Position numbers and translations under genes: made by a program
Shown: positions 1 through 9,270 of the stretch, one piece after another
Numbering within the stretch: position 1 is the stretch's first letter
How the letters are laid out: the number at the start of each line of letters is the position of its first letter
The notes under the pieces: generated by a model
Seen by the model: the letters and a program-made list of their open reading frames with translations, nothing else
Databases searched by the model: none
What the model was told of the DNA's origin: nothing
Source of the DNA: Clostridia bacterium
Lineage (GTDB): Bacteria > Bacillota > Clostridia > Christensenellales > CAG-314
NCBI GenBank assembly: GCA_036654455.1
Contig: JAVVRZ010000001.1
Location: 343,332 to 407,331 of the forward strand
Direction: 5' to 3'
Length of the DNA stretch: 64,000 nt

Positions 1-1006
1 CTTTTGCCTTTTCCTTGCCGATAGTGTCAAAATACATTTTGGTAAGATTTAATTTTTCTTTAAGAGCTTGCTTTCGATATTCATTTCCGCCTATTTCATT
101 GTACAAACTGATAATTTTTCCAATTCTATTTTGCTCGGCTCGCTTAGCTTTGCCAATAACTTCTTCTTTGCTGAGCAAAAATTTACTGCGATTTGCGGTT
201 AGAGAATTATTATATTTGTCTATTTCTTGCTTTTGGGCAAGCGCATCTTCAAGAAGTTTGCTCATTTGCGCTTGTAGCTCGGCGTCGTTTACTTGACTTA
301 AACTTTCAAGGGCGCTGGCTGTTTCTTCGATTATTTGGTCAATTTTTTCTTCTAGCAGTTCGACGTTCATTATTTTAATGCTTTCGACCTCGTCTACTTG
401 TCCTTCTATTCGCTCGCCCTCTTGTTTTTTCAAATTACTCGCTATGCTACTTCGGCTAAGACCTTTATTTACTATTTCGCCTTGTAATTTTTCAATATTC
501 TCGGCAAGCTGGCTTGCGAGTTTGTCAATTTTTCTTTGAGCGTAAAATTCCTCTTGCTTAATATTTTTTTGAGTATCATACTGTTTATTTAACTGGTCTT
601 GTTTAATTTTATCTCTTTTACTTATATATTTAGCTTCGAGAGATTGTTTAGCCTTTTTAAAAAGCTCGCTATGAGTAGGCATTTTGTAAACAAGATTTTC
701 TCCGCCTAACTCGCCCGGCAAATCAAGTTTAGGCGTATGATATTCAAAGCTATATTTATTGTCGACTTCGGTTAGAGTGTCAAGAAACTTTTGATATTCG
801 TCTTTTGGCTCTTCTTTATCACTTCCCTCTTGGTTGTTACCGCCTGTTTGATTGTTTTTTTCAATTAATTCGGCAAAAGTAGGTTCGCTAAAATTCTTTT
901 TAGAAAAAACATTCGTAGGCGAAGAATTAAGTCTAATTTTTTGAGCTACCACTTTTGAAGGCGTATAATCTCCGCTGATGGCAATTTTACTTGGTGTTCT
1001 TATCAT
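1..1006 (-). CDS. Phage-associated coiled-coil protein, C-terminus cut by window edge (at least 335 aa)
   Basis: My own minus-strand translation starts at ATG 1006-1004 with AGGAG at 1014-1018. The frame stays open to position 1 (MIRTPSKIAISGDYTPSK...GKEKAK). It is missing from the ORF track because no stop lies in the window. The sequence is K/E/Q heptad-rich. Confidence 0.6.
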   Translation of the reverse strand, partial: MIRTPSKIAISGDYTPSKVVAQKIRLNSSPTNVFSKKNFSEPTFAELIEKNNQTGGNNQEGSDKEEPKDEYQKFLDTLTEVDNKYSFEYHTPKLDLPGELGGENLVYKMPTHSELFKKAKQSLEAKYISKRDKIKQDQLNKQYDTQKNIKQEEFYAQRKIDKLASQLAENIEKLQGEIVNKGLSRSSIASNLKKQEGERIEGQVDEVESIKIMNVELLEEKIDQIIEETASALESLSQVNDAELQAQMSKLLEDALAQKQEIDKYNNSLTANRSKFLLSKEEVIGKAKRAEQNRIGKIISLYNEIGGNEYRKQALKEKLNLTKMYFDTIGKEKAK

Positions 1007-1016
1007 ATATTATCTC

Positions 1017-2153
1017 CTATAAATTAATAATTTTTGCTGTGTCTTGGTCAAACGCAAACAGCTTGTCCTCAATTAAAGCGCAGTCGAACAAATAATGTGT
1101 TTGGCTAGCCGTAAGCGTATTGTTAGCTTCTAGACTACTTAGCTGGCAAACCGAATTGTTTAAAGTAGCTATGCAAATTTTTCCTGCGACTTTGGCTATT
1201 CCCTTAATTTTTCCATTGGGTAAGTCGGCTATTTTTTGAAAATTTGAGTTAATTTGACTACTTTTTACTAATTTGCTGTTATATTGCTCGATTGCAAGAA
1301 ATATTTCATTTCCCTCTACATAAGCCCTGCAACTGCTAACCTTACCACCTAAATCAACCTTGCTTATCGCTCCTAACACAAATTGTTGGTCAAGCAAACC
1401 TTGGTAAAGATTATTTCTTACGCACAAATAAACGGCTATTCCGCTACTGGTGTTTGCAATATCGTAGTCGGCGACGCTTTGATAAATTTCTTTAATATTT
1501 TGAATGCCGTTTAATGTAATTTCGGCTACCCTTAGTACGCCTAAGCTTGTAAAGAAAACATATTTTTTAGCGCCGAGGAAGAAAAGTTTTAGCTTATCAA
1601 TTCGTTGCGTATGGTCATAAACTTGGCAATTTGCCAAATCGTTGGTAAAGATACTTAACTTATTGTTTGTCGCCACCGCATAAAAACAGTCATTATTATT
1701 TTTACTAGCCCCTATTGAGGAAAAAGAACTTCCGTAACTTAAATTTTTCCCGCTTGCTACTAACACTACGTTATTTAAACTAGCGTTACCGCTTACGGTA
1801 AACACAGCCTTTACTACGCATAGTCCTACGACGTTTACCGACTTAGCAAAATTAAACGCATAAGATTGACCCGTCTTACAGTCAATTACAATTTCTCCGC
1901 AATCTGCGCCGTTAATAAGATAATTTACTTTAATTACTTGTTGACTTTGACTACACAAATTGCCAAACAATTGAGCGCACGCATATCCGCAAGAGATAAA
2001 CGAAAATTCTACATAATTTAAGCTTGTTGTAATCTCGGCATTTTTTGTCTGGACTATGCTTTGGTAATAGCTTTTATCTTGATTTATTATATAGTTAGAC
2101 AATCTTTTATTAAGTTCCTGAGTTTGCAAATATGCAATTTTTCCGTAATCCAT
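1017..2153 (-). CDS. Phage structural protein, Cys-rich and beta-rich, function unknown
   Basis: 378-aa ORF with AGGAG RBS, 9 nt after the upstream gene stop, inside the structural block. I recognise no family motif. Confidence 0.55.
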   Translation of the reverse strand: MDYGKIAYLQTQELNKRLSNYIINQDKSYYQSIVQTKNAEITTSLNYVEFSFISCGYACAQLFGNLCSQSQQVIKVNYLINGADCGEIVIDCKTGQSYAFNFAKSVNVVGLCVVKAVFTVSGNASLNNVVLVASGKNLSYGSSFSSIGASKNNNDCFYAVATNNKLSIFTNDLANCQVYDHTQRIDKLKLFFLGAKKYVFFTSLGVLRVAEITLNGIQNIKEIYQSVADYDIANTSSGIAVYLCVRNNLYQGLLDQQFVLGAISKVDLGGKVSSCRAYVEGNEIFLAIEQYNSKLVKSSQINSNFQKIADLPNGKIKGIAKVAGKICIATLNNSVCQLSSLEANNTLTASQTHYLFDCALIEDKLFAFDQDTAKIINL

Positions 2154-2162
2154 AAATTTCTC

Positions 2163-3605
2163 CTAACATACCGAATACAATAAAGAAGTAGCTCTTATAT
2201 CGGCGTCTACGCCTAAAAAGCTAATTTTTATTAATTTAGCCTGCATATTTATTCTAACTTCTTGTATTTCTTTACTGCCGAACACATCAAAGTAGAAAGT
2301 TTCTCCGTCAAGTTCAATCTTAATTGTAACTTTCTGTTTGGTAAGAAGCATAACGCTCTTAATTAATTTATAGCGATTTGCAAGTCCTAGGTCGGTTAAA
2401 GGACAAACTCTTATGTATGGAAGCGGAAGTTCAAACATTAAGTGGCTAAGGCTAAGTTTGCCTAGCTTAGTTTGTCCGTTAAGAATTACCGCAAGGTCAA
2501 GGCTATCGTTTAAACAATTTATCATTTCTAAACAGTCAATTCCTCTCACGATTTCTTGTTGCCTTTTATCCAAATCATAATAAATTAATGCGTTGTTTTT
2601 GTATTGACTTTTTTCGCAAAGAACTCCCTCGCCTGCGGAAAATTTAAGTTTGCAAGCAAGAATATATTTACCTTTATCATATATACCGCAAGCTTGTTGG
2701 TTGCTTTGGTCAAAAATATTTAAATTACCCAGTACTTTTACAGCGTTTACTCCATTGAACACATATAGTCCGTCGCTAGCTAAAAACATAACAATATCGC
2801 CACAAATAGTTACTGTTTTTGGATAAATTATTCCGCTACTGCAAAATAATTGCGTTACCGAAAAACTTTCTTGTTCGGCGTAAGCTGTTAACTTAGTAAT
2901 TCCAAATTGTCTAAATACAAAAACATTGTCAAGGTAACTTATTACTTTGATAATTTTTCCAAAATTGTCGCTAAACTCAATATAGCCGGCTTGGTCAAGC
3001 GAAATATTCCAATTTGTTGGGTTTAAATCGTCGCTAAACCACAAAACATTATCTCCGCTTGTTGCAAACAAACGCTCGTAGTGTATGCACATACTAATCA
3101 TTTTTGGAGCGGTTGGAACAAACGATACCGTACTACCGTCATAAACATACATTCCTTCAACGTCGCTAGACAGTAATAGGCAATCTTTTTGGTCGATTTT
3201 ATATCGAACTCCGCAACTTCTACCCGAAAGGGTTATTCCTTCGATTTTCTTAGGGTTAGCGTTACCTACAAAGGAATAATCGTACAAGGTATGGTCGTCT
3301 AAAAGCATAATCAGCCTGTCGTCACGATTTAAGCCGTTATTTAATGTATAGTACCACCCGTTAACAAAGAATTTGCCGTTGGGCGAAACTACGTCGTAGC
3401 TAACGCCATTTGCGCTAAGAGTAAGTTTATCTATTCCGCCTATGCTTTTAAGCCCTCCGCTTGCTCCGCTACAATTATACTCGCACACCGCAACGTTTTG
3501 CGGTAGACTCATTTCGTCTACTACGGTATTTATTCCGCCGTCAAATTTAATAGGAATAATTTTTTGACTTGTTCTTTTTACAAGAAGGGTTTTTTCATAA
3601 AACAT
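2163..3605 (-). CDS. Phage structural protein, beta-propeller-like repeats (tail/adaptor candidate), function unknown
   Basis: 480-aa ORF with AGGAG RBS. It has recurrent strand-like motifs (MYVYDGS, LYVFNGV, LWFSDD) and sits after the connector-sized genes. Confidence 0.55.
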   Translation of the reverse strand: MFYEKTLLVKRTSQKIIPIKFDGGINTVVDEMSLPQNVAVCEYNCSGASGGLKSIGGIDKLTLSANGVSYDVVSPNGKFFVNGWYYTLNNGLNRDDRLIMLLDDHTLYDYSFVGNANPKKIEGITLSGRSCGVRYKIDQKDCLLLSSDVEGMYVYDGSTVSFVPTAPKMISMCIHYERLFATSGDNVLWFSDDLNPTNWNISLDQAGYIEFSDNFGKIIKVISYLDNVFVFRQFGITKLTAYAEQESFSVTQLFCSSGIIYPKTVTICGDIVMFLASDGLYVFNGVNAVKVLGNLNIFDQSNQQACGIYDKGKYILACKLKFSAGEGVLCEKSQYKNNALIYYDLDKRQQEIVRGIDCLEMINCLNDSLDLAVILNGQTKLGKLSLSHLMFELPLPYIRVCPLTDLGLANRYKLIKSVMLLTKQKVTIKIELDGETFYFDVFGSKEIQEVRINMQAKLIKISFLGVDADIRATSLLYSVC

Positions 3606-3614
3606 ATTTTTCTC

Positions 3615-4178
3615 CTAAACAAATAGACGAGGCAAAATTTTAATTTCGCCTTTTCTTGCAGAACACCTTAACGCATCTTTATATCTTTTGTCCCAAATAC
3701 TAGCTTCGTCGTACATTCCGCTAAGCAAGCAATATTCGCTAGCAATACCATAGGCGATTAACCTATCTGTTATGGCTACGCTCTTTTCGACTTCGTCAAG
3801 AAAACCGCACTTTTTAGGTTTATAAGTATATATAACTTCAAATTTACCGCCTTTATCGGTTTCTACTCCGCTTGAAGTGTATCTAAATTTAATTTTTTGT
3901 TTGTTGTCTTCTATTCTAAGCACGCTTAACACATCTTTTGTAAATGCCTTGTAATCGATTATGCCGTTACTTACGATAACTTCTTTGTAACAAAGTTGTA
4001 TGTAATCGCAAGCAATTTCGGCAAGCGTAAGATTAGCGCATTCGCAAAGCAACGACAACGGCTTTTGACTTAAATAGCTTGACAATTCTGCGTCCATACT
4101 TGTCTTGACAAAGACATTACTATCTACTTTTGTTCCAAGTAACAGGTCGGCAAGTTGGATAATTTCGCTTAACTTCAT
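3615..4178 (-). CDS. Phage head-completion/connector-sized protein (hypothetical)
   Basis: 187-aa ORF whose start overlaps the upstream stop (ATGA), two genes after the major capsid gene. Confidence 0.5.
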   Translation of the reverse strand: MKLSEIIQLADLLLGTKVDSNVFVKTSMDAELSSYLSQKPLSLLCECANLTLAEIACDYIQLCYKEVIVSNGIIDYKAFTKDVLSVLRIEDNKQKIKFRYTSSGVETDKGGKFEVIYTYKPKKCGFLDEVEKSVAITDRLIAYGIASEYCLLSGMYDEASIWDKRYKDALRCSARKGEIKILPRLFV

Positions 4179-4498
4179 ATAATTTTCTCCTTTTCCAAAA
4201 TCTTTTCAATATCTTTTTCAATATTTTGTCTTTTTATTTTTTCAATATTTTGATTATTTCTTTCAATCTCGGCAAACACGCTGTCGCTATTTTCCTTTCT
4301 TGTGCGGTATACCAATTCGATACTTCGTTGGTCAAGACAAGAATATGGAATGATTAGTTCGATACGTTTAGTTACGCCGTTTCTTATCTCGTAGCGACTT
4401 TTTGCTGGGTTGTACGCCACAAGATAGTTATCTATGCTTCTAATTTTTGGGGCAACCCCAAACACGTCGTCATATATTTCTACAAGATAATCTTTCAT
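4175..4498 (-). CDS. Small phage protein following the capsid gene (hypothetical)
   Basis: 107-aa ORF with an AAGGAA RBS, first gene after the capsid gene hairpin. Confidence 0.5.
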   Translation of the reverse strand: MKDYLVEIYDDVFGVAPKIRSIDNYLVAYNPAKSRYEIRNGVTKRIELIIPYSCLDQRSIELVYRTRKENSDSVFAEIERNNQNIEKIKRQNIEKDIEKILEKEKII

Positions 4499-4522
4499 TT
4501 TCGTTTTCCTTTTTTAAGTAAG

Positions 4523-4556
4523 TTTAGCCTTGCTAAACTAAGCTAGCAAGGCTAAA
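4523..4556 (-). other. Perfect 13-bp stem-loop just downstream of the capsid gene
   Basis: tttagccttgcta (4523-4535) pairs with tagcaaggctaaa (4544-4556) around an 8-nt loop. No U-run follows on the minus strand. Confidence 0.5.
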
Positions 4557-4564
4557 AATCTCAA

Positions 4565-5734
4565 CTAAGCTTCGGTAATTCCCGTAAGAACTGCTTGTCC
4601 GCTAGGCTTATTACAAATTAAATCAGCATATTTTACAAGCGTTGCGGTGTAGATTGGCTTGCTAGCTACTTGTTTAAGAACTTTTCCGTCCTCGCCTTCT
4701 AGCCATCTCCAATCGCATAATTGATGCAAAGAAAATTCGGCGGTATTTAGTATGTACATTGTCTTAGGCGCTACAAATCTATCGGCGACAAGCGGTATTC
4801 CATTAAAGCTAATGGCTTTGTAACCGCCTTCAAGTTCCATTGAGTTTACATTATAAGAGGTTTTTCTCAAATAATCTTGATACGCCCTTCTTACGCCATA
4901 ACTGCAACAAATGAAGTCGGCAGAACTACCCGAAACGTTTTCAAGTTCGTCTATTGCGGTTTGAATACCCATATCGCTAATATTTGCCATAGTTGCGTTA
5001 TATGGTTTAAGCCAAGCGTTGTTTGCCCTATCGATTGAATAGAGTGTTTGACTGTTGCCAAAAATTGCGCCTAAACCGGTAATTTCATTGTTAAAACTGC
5101 CTTGAACGGTAATGATATCGGTATTAGTTACCGAAGAACTTGCAATGTCTGCGCCGTCGACTACAATTTTTTTGTTTGCTCTATCTACCGCAACAATTCT
5201 TCTTGTGGTAAGACCGGACTTGCCTACGCCCATTTCGCTACAAACATCAATAACCATACCTTCCATTAAGTATTGAATGGTGTCAAGCGTGATAGTTTTG
5301 CCGGTTGCAGAAACAACGGTTGCTAGTTTTCCGCTACCGTCGCCGAATAACATTCTGCCAAAGTTAAATTTGCTAGCTTTAATAAGACCGTCCATTTCGG
5401 CGTTAAGCAAATTTACAAATGCGCCTGCATTATTTGCCGAAGCCCTTATGGCTTTGTCCGAAATTTCGATTGCGCCGTACAAGTTTTTAAGCGATAACTT
5501 AAATTGAGCGTATCTATTCTCTGCCGACTTAGGCAAAGTATCGGTTTCTGTGCCAGCCCCGATACCTCCGTTTACGCCATAGGGCGCAAGTTTGATTATT
5601 TCTTTTCCCCAAACGTCGCTTTCGGTTTGTTTGAAACGATTAAATAGAGGGTTAGTATTTGTGTTAAGTTGGTCTGAAACTACCGAAAGATATAGCGCCT
5701 TTAAGGCATTATCGGCTGTTGAAAGTGTTACCAT
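4565..5734 (-). CDS. Major capsid protein (scaffold-dependent HK97-fold type, no delta domain)
   Basis: 389 aa, immediately after the scaffold gene and portal, with a strong AGGAG RBS. Size and N-terminus (MVTLSTADNALKALYLSVV...NPLFNRF) are typical of capsid proteins. Assignment rests mainly on synteny. Confidence 0.7.
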   Translation of the reverse strand: MVTLSTADNALKALYLSVVSDQLNTNTNPLFNRFKQTESDVWGKEIIKLAPYGVNGGIGAGTETDTLPKSAENRYAQFKLSLKNLYGAIEISDKAIRASANNAGAFVNLLNAEMDGLIKASKFNFGRMLFGDGSGKLATVVSATGKTITLDTIQYLMEGMVIDVCSEMGVGKSGLTTRRIVAVDRANKKIVVDGADIASSSVTNTDIITVQGSFNNEITGLGAIFGNSQTLYSIDRANNAWLKPYNATMANISDMGIQTAIDELENVSGSSADFICCSYGVRRAYQDYLRKTSYNVNSMELEGGYKAISFNGIPLVADRFVAPKTMYILNTAEFSLHQLCDWRWLEGEDGKVLKQVASKPIYTATLVKYADLICNKPSGQAVLTGITEA

Positions 5735-5747
5735 ATTTTTCTCCTTT

Positions 5748-6740
5748 TTATAGATAATGTTTAATTAGTTTATTTGCTTCTTCAAGCGTTTTTGGTTTGT
5801 TAGGCGGAGTAAGAGGATAATTGCTACCTTGCCCGATTGTTTGCGGAACTGTATTCCCTTGTAATTTAGCAATCATTTTTGCGCTAAGTTTGTCGGTAAG
5901 CTGTCTATTTTCTAGTAGCAAATCTACAAACTCTTGCTTTTTTGCCAAACTTTGATACAACAAGGGAGAGTCGCAAATGATACCTAGCAAGACTTTTTCT
6001 CTACTGGTAATCTGGCTAGGCGGGTTGAAATTAATTTTATCTTCAATTAGGTCAAAGAAACAATTTGCTAAGGGGTACTTAGCGTAAAACTCCTCTTTTT
6101 CCACGCTCGGTGGCAAGGGCAAAGTTTGCATATTAGAAATTTCTTGTTTGTTTTGAGTGTTTTGCTCGGTTGAAATCTCTTGACTGCCTGCTTTGCCCAC
6201 GACTACGCTTGATGTATCAAACGAAGTTTTGCTTGTACCGTCTATATACTCAACCGCTTCAAGCGGATTGCTTGTACTATTTTTATTAATGGTTTGACTA
6301 TCTATAACTTGTTCGGCGACATCTAGTAATTTTTGTATCGCCTTCTCTTTTGAAACATCTTTTTCTTGGGTATTTAAGACGCTATCTTGATTACTTAAAT
6401 TTTTTTCTTGGGTATTTAAGACGCTTTTTTGATTACTAATATCTTTTTGATTGAGTATGAAATTTGCGTCTTGCTCAATGTCGCTTGCGTTGACCTGATT
6501 AGTTTTTAGCTCGCTTATATTATTTAACTCGGTTTTAATGTCTAAGTCGTTTTCTTTGGTATTTATGCCGGCGTCTTGCGTATTTAAGTCATTCGCTTTG
6601 CTATTTATGTCATTGTCTTTTTGAGTTTCTTCAAGACTTTCTTCTAAGCTTTTAATTTTTTGACATTTTTTTGTAAAAGTGGCTTCGAGATTTTGATAGC
6701 CTTTGATAAGTTCTTCTAGACTCTTATATTTCCCGTACAT
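5748..6740 (-). CDS. Scaffolding protein
   Basis: 330-aa acidic, low-complexity, coiled protein between portal and capsid. Its start overlaps the portal 3' end by 17 nt, with GGAGGG upstream. Confidence 0.6.
   Translation of the reverse strand: MYGKYKSLEELIKGYQNLEATFTKKCQKIKSLEESLEETQKDNDINSKANDLNTQDAGINTKENDLDIKTELNNISELKTNQVNASDIEQDANFILNQKDISNQKSVLNTQEKNLSNQDSVLNTQEKDVSKEKAIQKLLDVAEQVIDSQTINKNSTSNPLEAVEYIDGTSKTSFDTSSVVVGKAGSQEISTEQNTQNKQEISNMQTLPLPPSVEKEEFYAKYPLANCFFDLIEDKINFNPPSQITSREKVLLGIICDSPLLYQSLAKKQEFVDLLLENRQLTDKLSAKMIAKLQGNTVPQTIGQGSNYPLTPPNKPKTLEEANKLIKHYL
6363..6446 (-). repeat. In-frame 42-nt tandem duplication inside the scaffold gene
   Basis: ttcttgggtatttaagacgct recurs at 6363 and 6405. 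It encodes NQKSVLNTQEKNLS / NQDSVLNTQEKDVS. Confidence 0.8.
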
Positions 6741-8568
6741 TTTCGCCCTCCATTTGTTTGTGCAAGTTGATATGTTCCATAACTAAGTCGAATTTCCTTT
6801 TGCTAATATCCTTATTTTCGGGAGAAATTAAATAAGCGACGTGTTCTTCGATATGAATTTGGTGATTGTCGATTTCTAAGGGCAATTCGCCTACTTTTAA
6901 TTCGAGATTTTCTTTAATCGCCTTTTGTCTATGCAAACTTGCAACGTCTTTTGCGCTTTCCCAGTTGCCAAACCCTAACATTTCTAGTATTTTTAGCTTT
7001 GCTTGCTCGGTAAGATTACCTTCGTGGTCTTGAAGAACGCCGGCTCTAAGCAATTCTGTTACAATCGAACGTCTATTTGCAAGACTATCGGTTAGCTTGT
7101 TTTCGGTTTCAAATACTATGTCGTCGCTAGTTAAATCGCTATTTGTAAAGTAATAAAGTTCTACGCTACCTTGACTCGTAAGCGACTTAGCCAGCCTAGA
7201 AACGCTAGCGAATTGCTTGTACATTCTCAAAACATATTTGCCTATTTGCTTGATAGAATTTCTTATTTCTTGGGCGCTAGAAGACAATCTAGTTTCGTCT
7301 TGCTCGATAAGAAGTTGTAGCGCCGTACCGCTTGTAACTTGGGTGGGCGTAGTGCTATTTCTAGCTAACTCGGATACGCCTGAAATAGTTATAAATTCGT
7401 TGATTAATCTATCTTCTTCGTAAGAAAAGTCTGCCGGCACGTGTCCGGGGTCTAAAAGACTTGGTTTTTGAGTCCCCTGCCTGTAAACAATTACTTTGCC
7501 CGGACTTAATCCGTCTGTTTCCAACGAATCGGTGTCTACCGAACCGTCTTCTACCGCAAGAATACCTACCGCAATTCGATTTAGAAACTCGTGTTTACGA
7601 TTTTTTACCGCATTGTAACTTTTTTGCAAGGGAATTAGTCTATCAACTATGCTTACGCCCCAAAAACAACCGACTTGCGTGTGCGATAACTGTCTAATAA
7701 AAGGTATGCCCCTAGTGTTTTGGTCGCCGTTTGTGTAAGGTAATTTACCTAGATAAAGCAACGTGTCTTTTGCAACGATTGCAAGTTCGCCTTCGGGATT
7801 ATCTTTATTTGGCAAGGTATACCTTTCTATAACAATAGCTTGATTATGTTTGGTTTCTTGGGTAATTGAGGGAACAGAACTGTTGTAGCCTTTTCCGCCT
7901 AGCCCCGTACCATTGTAACTAAAAACTTTTATATCCTCGCCTACGACTTTTTTGCCCCATATTCTTGCAATTTCCTCAACCGAATAAGCCTTAGCGTGTA
8001 TTAACGAATTACATTCTTCGACGCTTGACGCTACGTTAGAATCGGGATAAATTTCAAAGGGCGAACAAACTGTTACGTTGACGTCGCCGTTATGATATTG
8101 TTTGCCCTTGTCGTAAATTACGTCGCCCAAACTATTGTCCCAAGTAACCTTATAAAATACCGTTCCACAAACCTCGCTCCACGAAGTCGCTTGAATTATC
8201 AATTTGTCAAATTCCATTTTTTCGCTTACGCTACCTAAGATTTTTGTAGCAAGTTTAGCGCTTTCTATGTCCTCGCTTTCGGCAGAGAAAGGTCTTACCA
8301 GCATCTTTGGTCTTACGTGATTAAGCCTTGCTATTCTTGTTTCGACAATAGGCGCTATATGGTTGTAAACTTGTTTTTGTTGCCAAAAGTAATCTTTGTC
8401 TTCTTCGACAATTTCCCCCGTAGGCGAACCGGAACAATATTGGTTACCCGAAACAAAGTTCATATTGAGTTGCCAAGCAAGTTCGTAAGGTTGTCTTAAT
8501 TGTTGACGTATTTCAAAGTCTTTTTTTACGCTACTGACTAAGTCCTCATAAAACTGTTCTTTTTTCAT
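6724..8568 (-). CDS. Portal protein
   Basis: 614 aa, downstream of terL and upstream of scaffold and capsid, with a GGAGG RBS. Size and position are typical of portals. Confidence 0.75.
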   Translation of the reverse strand: MKKEQFYEDLVSSVKKDFEIRQQLRQPYELAWQLNMNFVSGNQYCSGSPTGEIVEEDKDYFWQQKQVYNHIAPIVETRIARLNHVRPKMLVRPFSAESEDIESAKLATKILGSVSEKMEFDKLIIQATSWSEVCGTVFYKVTWDNSLGDVIYDKGKQYHNGDVNVTVCSPFEIYPDSNVASSVEECNSLIHAKAYSVEEIARIWGKKVVGEDIKVFSYNGTGLGGKGYNSSVPSITQETKHNQAIVIERYTLPNKDNPEGELAIVAKDTLLYLGKLPYTNGDQNTRGIPFIRQLSHTQVGCFWGVSIVDRLIPLQKSYNAVKNRKHEFLNRIAVGILAVEDGSVDTDSLETDGLSPGKVIVYRQGTQKPSLLDPGHVPADFSYEEDRLINEFITISGVSELARNSTTPTQVTSGTALQLLIEQDETRLSSSAQEIRNSIKQIGKYVLRMYKQFASVSRLAKSLTSQGSVELYYFTNSDLTSDDIVFETENKLTDSLANRRSIVTELLRAGVLQDHEGNLTEQAKLKILEMLGFGNWESAKDVASLHRQKAIKENLELKVGELPLEIDNHQIHIEEHVAYLISPENKDISKRKFDLVMEHINLHKQMEGENVREI

Positions 8569-8635
8569 TTTTCCTCCTGTTTTTGCTACTTAATTTTTTT
8601 ATCTACCATAATTTTTATAGCTAATTATTTTAACA

Positions 8636-9115
8636 TTAATTTTTGCTAGATTTTTTAGCTTTTATTTCGTTATTTAGCTCGTCAAGCAATTTATTCTTGA
8701 TATTTTCAAGTTCTTGGTCGGTGTAATCTTGTAAATTTTGTTCTCCGCTGTCTAACACTAATTTATAGGCGGCAATGTCCGGCGGAATATGCTTTGTAAC
8801 GACCTTTTTCTTAATTAGCTCCTCAACGCCATTTTCGACCGAATATTCTTCGGTTTTTTCTTTTACGGTATAGCCGAGAGCTTTTCTTACTAATTGTTTT
8901 TTAATATCAATGCTTCCGTTACTTTCAATTTCGTATTCTTGCGTCTCTTTTATTTTGCGAGTAGAAACTTGTTTGGGTAAACCTTGCCTTTCTTTATCTT
9001 GTTTAGCCAAATTTTCAACAAATTCTTGTTCTTTTTTTTGGCAACTATTTGAAGTAATTTCTAATTGTTTTTTAGCGTTATTTTGAGTTAAATCGTTGTT
9101 TTGTATTTTTTTCAT
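8636..9115 (-). CDS. Small highly charged phage protein between terL and portal (possible small-terminase-like or DNA-binding; unassigned)
   Basis: The ORF track starts at GTG 9139. I prefer ATG 9115 (MKKIQNND...), which has AAAGGA 8 nt upstream. The protein is K/E-rich with C-terminal VVTKHIPPDIAAYKLVLD. Confidence 0.45.
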   Translation of the reverse strand: MKKIQNNDLTQNNAKKQLEITSNSCQKKEQEFVENLAKQDKERQGLPKQVSTRKIKETQEYEIESNGSIDIKKQLVRKALGYTVKEKTEEYSVENGVEELIKKKVVTKHIPPDIAAYKLVLDSGEQNLQDYTDQELENIKNKLLDELNNEIKAKKSSKN

Positions 9116-9270
9116 ATATGTTTTCCTTTTTAATTTCACTTGACAATATTAGTTATGGCTCTTAGCCTTTCTGCCTTTTTAGACAAATTTATAAAAACTA
9201 TACGATATAAGTAGTTTACAATTTTGCTTAGTTAAATTTAATTAATCTTTATTTCAATTTATTTTGGCAA

